From contig JAFGOA010000077.1 in NCBI GenBank assembly GCA_016926735.1, forward strand, positions 1-19,173: a stretch of 19,173 bases of DNA, in the 5' to 3' direction. The notes under the pieces are model-generated. The model worked only from the letters and a program-made list of their open reading frames with translations. It was not told the DNA's origin and ran no database searches. The DNA comes from Promethearchaeota archaeon (lineage in GTDB: Archaea; Asgardarchaeota; Lokiarchaeia; Sigyniarchaeales; SOKP01). Every line of letters begins with the position of its first letter. The first letter of the stretch is position 1. The position numbers and the translations under genes are program-made. Shown here piece by piece: positions 1 to 9,900 of the stretch.

Positions 1-417
1 AAAAAGGGAGTATATTCATCTCTAATTATCACAAGTATTTCATTTCTACTTTTTCTAATACCTGTACATATGATAGGCAATGTGCATATCCCATATATAA
101 TTCTTATTATTTTTGCTGGAATCGTTGGATCGACAAATGGTTGGAGAAAAAGCGCATTTTCTGCGGTTATCGGCCAAATCTCAACACAATATCCTGAGGC
201 TGATAGTACTTATTTTGCTACGTGTAATTCTTTTACAAATGGAGGTACGATATTAGGATTATCAATAACAAGTATCTTACTTGGAACTCTACAGGGATTA
301 GATGTATACATGACATTTTCAATTATATTTATCTTTATGATACTTGCGTCAAACATAACTATTATTCCTTTTATGCTCATGGACTCCAAAGATTATGAAT
401 TAGAATCTCAAAAATAA
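1..417 (+). CDS. C-terminal part of a probable MFS transporter (5' end outside the window)
   Basis: The frame is open from base 1 (KKGVYSSLIITSISFLLFLIPVHM...), so ATG 70 is probably internal. There are about four hydrophobic segments with small-residue-rich helices (SAFSAVIGQIS...STYFATCNSFTNGGTILGLSITSILLG), resembling the last helices of MFS carriers. Confidence 0.65.
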   Translation, partial: KKGVYSSLIITSISFLLFLIPVHMIGNVHIPYIILIIFAGIVGSTNGWRKSAFSAVIGQISTQYPEADSTYFATCNSFTNGGTILGLSITSILLGTLQGLDVYMTFSIIFIFMILASNITIIPFMLMDSKDYELESQK

Positions 418-577
418 GTCTTTTTTATAAATTAAAAATAGAGATTATTCCCTTTTTTTTTATTTTCCAATTCATTATATTTGTTTCAATGAGAGCTTTT
501 ATTCTAATATAATAAATTTTATAACTTTTTACTTATTTAAGTCATCACTTAGATAAAATTTAGAATATTTAGGGTGC

Positions 578-1756
578 TTGAAAATTCGGATTGAATATGC
601 TAACAGAATTGGTAGATTACCAAAATATATTTTTGCTGAAATTGAGGAGCTAAAATTAAAAAAAAAAAAAGAGGGTCTTGATTTAATTCTTTTAGGAATA
701 GGTGATCCAGATATACCAACACCAGATTTCATTCTTGATGAAATGGTTACCCAATCTAAAATTCCTGAAAATCAAAATTATCCAACAAGTATGGGGGAAG
801 GTTTTTTTAGAGAAGGAGTAGCAAAATGGTATAAAACTAGATATAATTTAAATTTTAATGCAGAAACTGAAATAACAAATGTATGTGGAGGAAAAGAAGG
901 AGTAGCAAATATAGCGAGAGCTTTTATTAATCCTGGAGATGTAGTTCTTTGTCCAAATCCTGGATATCCTGTTTATGAAAATGGAGCAACAAAATTATGT
1001 GATGGAGAACCTTATATAATGCCCTTAAGAAAAGAAAATAATTTTCTCCCAGACTTAGAAGAAATAGATACTAAAATATTAAAAAAAGCAAAATTAATGT
1101 ACCTTAACTATCCAAATAATCCTACCGGTGCTGTTGCTCCAAATGAATATCTTAAAAAAGTAGTAGATTATGCCGAAGATTATAATTTTATCATAGTTTA
1201 CGATAATCCATATTCTGAATTTACTTATGATGATTATCTCGCTCCATCTTTATTAGAATTTAGCACAGATCATATTGAAATTAACAGCGCTTCAAAAATG
1301 TTTTGCATGACAGGATTTAGATGTGGATGGGCAGCAGGAAATGATTTTGTTATTCAAGGTCTCAGAAAAATTAAATCACAAATAGATTCAGGGTGTCCTA
1401 TTTTTATACAAAAAGCAGTAATTAAAGGATTAGGAGAATATAAAAATGAGAAGAAGCCTGAAGTTGTTGCTAATTTTGTAAAAATCTATGAAAAGAGAAG
1501 GGATGTTTTGGTAAACGGATTAAATAAATTAGGATGGAAAGTAGAGAAACCTAAGGCAACCTTTTATATCTGGACTGAAATCCCTAGTAATAATAAAAAT
1601 AGTATGGAATTTACGAAGAAATTAATAGATGTTGGAGTGGTAATTACCCCAGGAATCGGATTTGGAAAGCATGGAGAAGGTTTTGTTCGATTTGCTCTTA
1701 CTCAATCAATTGAAAGAATTGAAGAAGCCTTACAGAGAATAGAAAAAGTATTATGA
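578..1756 (+). CDS. dapL: Class I/II PLP-dependent aminotransferase, probably LL-diaminopimelate aminotransferase
   Basis: Motifs LPKYIFAEI, LGIGDPDIPTP, GGKEGV, PNPGYPVY, YLNYPNNPTG, DNPYSE, SASKMFCMTGFRCGW (PLP lysine), PKATFYIW and TPGIGFGKHGEGFVRFAL. The exact start is uncertain (TTG 578). Confidence 0.85.
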   Translation: MKIRIEYANRIGRLPKYIFAEIEELKLKKKKEGLDLILLGIGDPDIPTPDFILDEMVTQSKIPENQNYPTSMGEGFFREGVAKWYKTRYNLNFNAETEITNVCGGKEGVANIARAFINPGDVVLCPNPGYPVYENGATKLCDGEPYIMPLRKENNFLPDLEEIDTKILKKAKLMYLNYPNNPTGAVAPNEYLKKVVDYAEDYNFIIVYDNPYSEFTYDDYLAPSLLEFSTDHIEINSASKMFCMTGFRCGWAAGNDFVIQGLRKIKSQIDSGCPIFIQKAVIKGLGEYKNEKKPEVVANFVKIYEKRRDVLVNGLNKLGWKVEKPKATFYIWTEIPSNNKNSMEFTKKLIDVGVVITPGIGFGKHGEGFVRFALTQSIERIEEALQRIEKVL

Positions 1757-1905
1757 TTTTTAATAAAAATAAGGATGATATATTTAATTAAACTCTTTTT
1801 TTATAACTATTCAATAATTTCCCATATAACCTTAAATAAGAAAAAATCTATTTTTTATTATATAATAACCAATAATTTAATAAAAACAAATTTATAAATT
1901 CAAAA

Positions 1906-2526
1906 TTGGTGATCAAATTAACAAGAGTTATAAACATACAAACCCCTATTAAAAAATATGCAAATTCAAGAAAAACAGCATTTCTTATTACAGATTCATT
2001 CAATCAAATTTATCACTGCTATTCCAATAAAGGAATAATCTTTGGAGATCTTTCAGATGAAGTAAATATTTTTGGAATTAAAAAGGGTAACTATAGAATT
2101 AAAATTAAATATCTTGAAAATCTTAATAAGGAAGTTACATATGATTTGCAGACCAAATTTAAAGATATATTATTCTATCTTAGTATAGTATTATTTATAG
2201 CTGTAATTGCTCTTTTTATATCATTTGTAGGATCTTCTGGATATTATTATTATTATTATTCTCCTTTGACTACATCATTAATTCCCTACCTTATAATAGG
2301 AGGAATAATTTTAATTGTTGCCCAAGTAAAACCGAAAAATGAAAGAAAATATTTAAGAGAATTAATAATGATGAATCGAAAGATAGATCTTGATGGACGT
2401 CTATTAATCGAAGAAAAATCTTCAATAGCAAAGAAATCAGTACCTCAAGCTAGATTTTGTACAGAATGTGGGCAAGAGGTGGATTCAAAATTAAAATATT
2501 GCACATTATGTGGTAATAGACTCTAA
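1906..2526 (+). CDS. Membrane protein with two TM helices and a C-terminal double zinc ribbon
   Basis: Soluble, probably beta-rich N-terminus; hydrophobic ILFYLSIVLFIAVIALFISFV and LIPYLIIGGIILIVA; C-terminal FCTECG-x8-YCTLCG. Start is TTG 1906 or GTG 1909. Confidence 0.8.
   Translation: MVIKLTRVINIQTPIKKYANSRKTAFLITDSFNQIYHCYSNKGIIFGDLSDEVNIFGIKKGNYRIKIKYLENLNKEVTYDLQTKFKDILFYLSIVLFIAVIALFISFVGSSGYYYYYYSPLTTSLIPYLIIGGIILIVAQVKPKNERKYLRELIMMNRKIDLDGRLLIEEKSSIAKKSVPQARFCTECGQEVDSKLKYCTLCGNRL
2242..2259 (+). repeat. (TAT)6 microsatellite encoding six tyrosines
   Basis: tattattattattattat, in frame, in the loop between the two TM helices. Confidence 0.9.
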
Positions 2527-2541
2527 TTTTCTTTTTTTTTT
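2527..2541 (+). terminator. Oligo-T archaeal-type terminator candidate
   Basis: T4-C-T10 directly after the stop codon at 2526. Confidence 0.55.
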
Positions 2542-3038
2542 CCTACTATATTTATATCCATTATAATCTATAATTTAATTTATATGATGAAAATGATCTA
2601 TATTACATATACTAAAGATTTTGAAAGAAGTAGAAATAAAACATAATTAGTACTTATTATAAGATATCAAAATCTAATTTATTATAAAATGAATTTTAGT
2701 CGTGATTATTTTAAATATCCCTCTTAATTTTCTTTCTATATTCAGAATTGTCCCATATACATTTAAAGAGAAAATTATACAAACAATAATTATGATATTT
2801 AACACTTCCCAAGGAAATTGTCATAAACAACCTAAATGCAAAGATGAAAATAGTATATATTATTATATTAGAAACTTGTTCAATAGAATGCATTTTTTAA
2901 AAATTATTCAGAGATATAGAAAGCTTAACAAAATAATATTTGATGATTTTAAATATTGTTATTTCAAATCAATTATTTTTTCACGATATATTTATAATAG
3001 TGATTTTTTATATAGATTCATAAGTTATTTTTTTTATA

Positions 3039-3044
3039 AAGGTG
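3039..3044 (+). promoter_or_regulatory. Shine-Dalgarno-like site
   Basis: AAGGTG ends 9 nt before ATG 3054, which favours that start over GTG 3042. Confidence 0.55.
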
Positions 3045-3053
3045 CGAAAATCA

Positions 3054-3974
3054 ATGGAGAATCATACAGATAAAAAAATAGAGAGAGCAACAGAGATAGT
3101 TTGGAAGTTTTGGTGGTTTTGCGTATATCTTTTAATTTTACCATCAATTGTTATGGCAATTTCTTTTTTTATATGTAATAATTTTTTTAATAATTTTTCC
3201 TATGTATTATCTTTATCATTTTTCTTCTTTTTTATAGCTCAATTTATTTTTTTTAGATTCTTTGATAAATATCGAAAAAATCCTTTTTTTGGGACACAAA
3301 AAGTAAATTTTACCGCAAAATTAGGTATTATTTTTATAACACCCCTTATTTCTATGATTATTTCTATTTTATTTACCATAATAAATCTTACATCTATAGA
3401 ATTTCAATTAATTCCATTAATATATTTAGTGTGTATTTATCCTGTCATTTTTTTTTATTTAAGAAAGATGCCAATTCTATATTATAATTCAGAATTAGAT
3501 TCATTTATAAATATTAAAAAAAAATACTCTATAAGAGAAGTTTTTAAATATATAATTCTGATAAATTATATTTCCAATATTATCTTCTTTGCTTTCAATT
3601 ATAGCACAATTTATATCTCGACAGGAATTATTGTCGTGCTTAATCTTATATTTTTCTTAATAACAATGATATATACAAGACAAGAAAGAAAACTTTTCAA
3701 CGAAAATACAAGATTAACAGAAGAAGAACAAAAAAAAAATACTATAAACTATGATAAAAAAATTACAAATTCTCTTCTGAGTGAATTTTTCATTTTGATT
3801 ATTATTATAATTGGTCTAAATGTATATTTTTTTTTATTAGATAGTACAATCTCTTTTAAAGATTTAATTCCTTTTATCATTACATTCTTTTTAATATGTA
3901 TATTATATCTAAAGGCGATAATAATAACGTCTATATATTATAAAAATCAATTTCAAAACCTTAGAGGCGTCTAA
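3054..3974 (+). CDS. Uncharacterised polytopic membrane protein (~306 aa, about 8 TM helices)
   Basis: Helical hairpins separated by Lys/Arg-rich loops; N-terminal KKIERATEIVWKFWW. It ends 3 nt before the giant ORF, in the same frame. Confidence 0.85.
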   Translation: MENHTDKKIERATEIVWKFWWFCVYLLILPSIVMAISFFICNNFFNNFSYVLSLSFFFFFIAQFIFFRFFDKYRKNPFFGTQKVNFTAKLGIIFITPLISMIISILFTIINLTSIEFQLIPLIYLVCIYPVIFFYLRKMPILYYNSELDSFINIKKKYSIREVFKYIILINYISNIIFFAFNYSTIYISTGIIVVLNLIFFLITMIYTRQERKLFNENTRLTEEEQKKNTINYDKKITNSLLSEFFILIIIIIGLNVYFFLLDSTISFKDLIPFIITFFLICILYLKAIIITSIYYKNQFQNLRGV

Positions 3975-3977
3975 TCA

Positions 3978-6900
3978 ATGGAAAAAGAAGAAATATATAA
4001 TAAATCAACAATCAAATATCAAAATATTAACGCAATACTCACTTTCATATTATTAGTAACACTGATATTAATCTTATATATAAGTAATTTAAATTATCTG
4101 AATTTTATTTCTATACCTTTATTCTATATTATTATCTTTACAGAACATCATTATGGATATATTCAAAAGAAAAATATTGAAGTATTATATTTTATCTTAA
4201 CCATAGTTTCTTTAGGATATATTAGCTTCTTTATAATTCCAAATTCAATCTTTATTATCATTAAAATTTTAATCTTTACAATATCCATCTATTTTTCCTT
4301 AGAAATATTTAAACAAATAAATCTTTTTTTAGATGAGAAAGTAATTATTTGGCAAAATCTACTTTCAGTAATTGCATTCTTTTTAATTTCATATTCAATA
4401 TATCCGGCGATAATTGCGGAAGATGTTCTAAAGATATTAAATCCTGATGAATTATTAATAACAAGAATTCTGATTTTTCTAATCTTTTTCTTTTTCACAT
4501 TATTAATATCATTATATAGATTAAATTCCACATTCTTCAAAAATAAATCTTCAAAAATAATAAAATCAGCAATTATTACAAACTTTCTCGTATTAAATTT
4601 AGTGTTTGTATTATTTTTAGATTTTAGGACCTTCAATATTATAGATCGAAACTATTTTATCTCTTTTTCATTGTTTTCAGCTGTTATTTTCATTGTGATG
4701 TTTATATTGTTTGTCTATATTAATTTTATTTTTAAAGTTTTAAAAGAAATTACAGTAATTTTTTATCGAAGTATATGGATTCTTTTTCCATTGATTATTA
4801 CTACCTCAGCAATTACTTTTTGTATTCCCTTAATAATTTCTGAGAAAATAGATACCTTATTAATTACGCTCATTATACTAATGCATACTTTTATTTTATC
4901 TTGTTCTATACAAATTTTATTAAGATATGGTAATAAAATAGGTAAAATTTCACAAAAAAGGTATAATGAATTTGGAAAGATGACATTAATTTCAATAAGT
5001 ATTGAAATTTGTATAATTACCTTTCTTTTATCTTATATTGTTTTACAATTAGATTTAATTATATCTTTATTTTTATCATCATTGGTATTGGTGGCAATAG
5101 TTGCAATTCTGAATCGATATTATAAAAAATTATTAGAAAAATATGAAATTATCACATTCTCAATTAATCTTCTGTATTTAATTTCCATTATATTCTATTA
5201 TTCTCTATTCTTTACTCTTAATTCCGCTTATGTATACATTGTTCCTGGAATATTAACAAGTTTCTTTTTTAGTTTTTTTATTTTATATCTTATTTTTAAA
5301 AATATAAGAGCAAAATTTCTTAAAAAACTCTTAAAATGTGATTATATTATATTATCACTTTTTATAATATTAATTCCTACAGCAGAAAGTATTGAATTGA
5401 TTCATTTGGGGGTATATGTTGATCATATTACCACACTAAATTTAACAATCTATATTTTTTATATAATGCTTTTTGTTATTCATCTGATATCAAGAAAAAA
5501 AGAATTAAAACCTAAAAAATTATTATTGAAATCTGAAATCATAATAGGATTTATTTTAGCAGGAACTACAATCTTTTATTATCTATTTTTAATAATTCCA
5601 GGGCAATATATAAGAATAATCGTACCATTGATCATTTCTCTTTGTTATGTTTACATGCTTCTATTGATTACTCATAAAGAAGAGATTTTTAATAATCAAT
5701 TGATTCAAATTCTAATCGTTTTGGATATGCTAATATTAATTGGTCTTAGCGTGTCTTTACCATCATTTATAAATTTAGAATTAGAATTCTGGGATTCTCT
5801 CGGAGTTATTAATACTATAAATTGTAGTCTGTATATTTTTCTCATAGAACTTTTTATATTTTATTTCTTATCCAAAAAAAGATTATCTGGAAAATTTTCT
5901 TCTCCTATTCAAAAGTTAATAATTTTTATATGCTATATTTTAGCAGGAAGTACTATTTTCTACTATTTATTTTCAATAATTCCTGGAGAATATATAAGAA
6001 TTATAGTCCCATTGACAATCTCCCTATGTTATCTCTACATACTTTTAATAATTACTCATAAAAAAGATATTTTTAACAAACAAGCAATTCAAATTTTAAT
6101 CGTTTTGGATATGCTAATTTTAATTGGGCTTATAGTGTCATTACCAACATTTATAGGATTAGAATTAGAAATAAAAGATTCTCTTGGATTTATTAATACT
6201 ACTAATTTTAGTTTATATATTCTTTTTTCGGTTCTTTTCATATTTTATTTGATATCTAAGAAGAGATTATCAGAAAAATTCTCTTCTCGACTTAAAAAAG
6301 TTCAGATGATTATTTGTTATATTTTAGGTGGAACTACAGTATTTTATTATTTATCTTATATTATTCCAGGGCAATATATAAGAATAATATTACCATTAAC
6401 AATTACTTTCTCTTACTTATATCTTCTTCTTTTATTTTCACATAAAAAAGCTATTTTTAATAAAGAATTGGTCCAAAAATTCATCCTTTTAGATATTTTA
6501 GTTTTAATATGCTCAATAATACTCATTCCTACATTTATTCAACTTGAATTAACGACAATAAATAACGCCGTGGATGTAAAATATATTTTTATTTTCTCCC
6601 TATTATTATTATTTTTGTTTTTAAAATTTGCAGAATTCACAAGTGATAAATTAAATTTACGATCAATAATACTATCATATATTAAAATAGCTCTTATTCT
6701 ATCTTGGTTCTTAATTTGTTTATCTGGAGAATTTATTATCTATAACTATTTTGATATTCAACTACTCTTGGATTCTTATTTAATAGGAATTCTAATAAGC
6801 AGTATTTCTATTATTTCTTTTCTTATTTTTAGTAGTTATGTTATTAAATTAGTTAAGAATTTGGGAAAATTTTATAATTTTATCGAAAAAATACAATTAT

Positions 6901-9900
6901 CAGAAAGAACATTTAGAGTACAAAAGGCTTTAAAACTAGTATATATTTATGGAATACTTGTTAGTATTTCGCTTATTTTGAGTTCTTCAATTTTATATAT
7001 TAGTCTAATATTTGAAGATATGATTATTTTAGAGATTTTTAATCTTATTATATTTTCGAGTTTCTTCTTCATTTTATTGCATCCATTGTTTATTCTCTAT
7101 AAAGATAATGTAAATTTGCCTCAAATAAATCAGATGATAAAGAAATTTTCTCCTATATTTTTAATTATAGTCATAGAAATAATATATTCAGAAATTTTCT
7201 GGATTCTATTATCTTATGATATAATTCAAATTCTACTATATTTTTCAAGTATCGTTCTTATTACCTTTTTATATATTATTAATAAATCTAAATTAATAAA
7301 CTCAAAATTCTTGAAGATATACTTTTCTTTATTTATAGAAATTATATTAATATGCTTGAGTATCATATATAATGATTTAGAATATTTTATTGTTGGATTT
7401 ATAGTTTTATATTTACTTATCTCTTTAGAAAGACCTGATGATATGAGATATAAAGCTATTTTGTATCTTTCTGTAAGTATTATTGGTTTTCTAAAGATAA
7501 TTGAAGTACTAGAACGTGCAGACATTTTAGAAAGTATTTTAGAGCTTCCGTTGAGTATATTTATGATAATATATCTTATGAATTTTAGTGTGATTTTACT
7601 CATTTCAATGAGTCTAAACTATAAAAAACAGAATTATATTGAAAAATATATGTTATTTGGATTTACAGCAGGTAGCTTATTTTTCTATATTCTAAGCTTT
7701 ACACCAATACTATTGATTTATGATATCACTATTAGTTCTATGGTTTTACTTTTCTTTGTTATTGTTGATTTTTATCTTAATGAGAATCCTGTGTACAAAG
7801 CTTTCCTTAGACCTTGGTTTGTTTTATTATTTTTTAATCTAACTAGTTGGATATCATATTCCTTTCTTTTTATTGATCCTAATTACGATATCTATAACAT
7901 AATTTTAACATTTACACTGACATTTAGCATTACTTCCCTTTCGTTTGTATTATTGAACAACAATCTTCCTGATAAACTCAGAAAACCGACCTACATAATC
8001 TCACTTATTATTGTATGTCTAATGACTCCTATCTTTATTTATATGTTATTAATTTCCTATTTTGGCCTCTTTGCTGGAGATGTAATAATGATTATAATTC
8101 TTTTAAATATAATGATTCTTTTATTTTATTTCTCGATTGGTATATATCATTGGCAAATTTCTTGGGTAATATGGAAAATAGGTTGGAAAATATGGTTTTC
8201 AGTGCCTTTAATCAATTTTTATCTAATTTATAAAAATGTTGTTGGTTTGGATTTATTCACTGAAGCCGTCAATTTATTTGGATATTTTAGAATAGAAGGA
8301 TCTCTAATTATAACGATAATAATTTGTTCATTAATGTATCTTCCTGTTCTTTATTCTGCAATAAGAAAATATTTTACTATTATTATTATGGCTGTTTGGG
8401 GGGAATCTTTAGCACTAACTCTCTGGGCAGGTCAAAATCTATTCAAGGATGATTTAATACTTTCAAATCTATTTTTTGGGCTTGCTTCTTTATTTCTTTT
8501 AGCACCTATATTGTTAAAAAAAAGATATTGGAAAGTTTTATCTTTACTTTGGTTATTATTAATAATATTAAATATAGGTTTCTTAACATTCTTATTATAT
8601 TCTATGAATTTAACTACAGAATTAGTTATTTCAATTGATATTATTGCATTAGGAATATTTCTAATGGTATATTCATTCTTTCCGAAAGTCAGGAATTATT
8701 TGGTCTTTTTAATAATTTCTTATTCAATAATCTTTGGAGGAATATATCTTTTAATATATTTTATACTCTTTTATTTAATCAGTGATCCTATATTATCTTT
8801 TAATATCGCTTCTTTATTCATCTCAGGAGCATTGTTAAGTTCAAAGTACTTTCAATTAAATCAGAAATTAATAAGAGGTCTAATTTCAATTTTAGTGCTT
8901 TCAAACTTATCTTGTTTAACTTACATTTACCTGAATATGTTCCCAAATATGGAAATACTATCCATAGCATCAGCTTTAACAACAGGTTTAATTTCATTGT
9001 TAATTTTTAATCATTTTAACTATATATTACGATCAATTGATTTTGCGTTCTTATGGATATTATTAGGATGTAGTATATCATTTTTGTCAACCTCTGCTTT
9101 ATATTTACTTATTCCTAAGAATATATTTCTCATATCCGCCATTTCATGTTTTATAGGTTTTCTATTCATTCAAAGAATTATGAAGGATATAAAATATCTT
9201 CTTATCTATTTATATCCAATTCCACTATCTTTTCTATTCCTATCCACATATGATTATTTTCAAATATTTAATATCTTTATAGTAATTCTTTTTCTTCTGA
9301 TATATCTTATTTCTCTTCAAATTTTAATTACAATTTTTTATCAATTATCAATAAAAGAAAGAGAAAACCCTAATGGCCCTATTTATAAATATGTTGAGAA
9401 TTTAAGTAAAGTTAAGCTTATTCATTTATTATGTTTTACTTTTAATTCACTTTACATTTCTTTATTAATTTCATTGTTTTGTCTCAATATTTTCTATTAT
9501 CAAATAATATCTTTTTTTATAATTTATCCCATCTTGAATATTCTTATCTTATATTATTTAAAAATAAATAGCGAATATTTTTCATTTAAGGGAATCCAAT
9601 CATTATTAAAAATATTTGGATCATTATTTTTTTCAACTATTCCATTTTCAGTATCAAGTTTAGTTACTTATTTCTTTATGGAAATTAATTTTCCTCTCAT
9701 TTACACAATACCTTTAATTTTTATAATCTTTAATGGAATACTGTTTTTAGAACTTAACTTGAATAATTATGCAATAAAATTCTTTATAGGTAATACAAAT
9801 AAATATTTCATTTTATTATCCATATTTTTTTTAACTAATTCAATCGCAGTATTATTTTTAATATCATTATTATCTTTTTCTAATTTAGAAATTCTCTCTC

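Noticed and set aside
529-732. 67-aa minus-strand ORF
   Set aside because: Antisense shadow of dapL; the poly-Phe is just the A13 run.
2580-2950. TGATGA C-box-like words suggesting a C/D sRNA
   Set aside because: No suitably spaced CTGA D box was seen, and such words are expected by chance.
2702-3073. 123-aa plus ORF and nested 60-aa minus ORF (2711-2893)
   Set aside because: No motifs or clear RBS, composition like AT-rich intergenic DNA, and overlap with the RBS and start of the next gene. A small real gene cannot be fully excluded.
3972-3974. Selenocysteine or pyrrolysine recoding at in-frame gene junctions (also 14923-14925)
   Set aside because: Both stops are TAA, not TGA or TAG, and no SECIS-like structure was seen.
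5548-6551. Repeat considered as a CRISPR array or DGR template/variable repeat
   Set aside because: The unit is 384 nt, in-frame coding and has no spacers; differences do not look adenine-restricted and there is no reverse transcriptase in the window.
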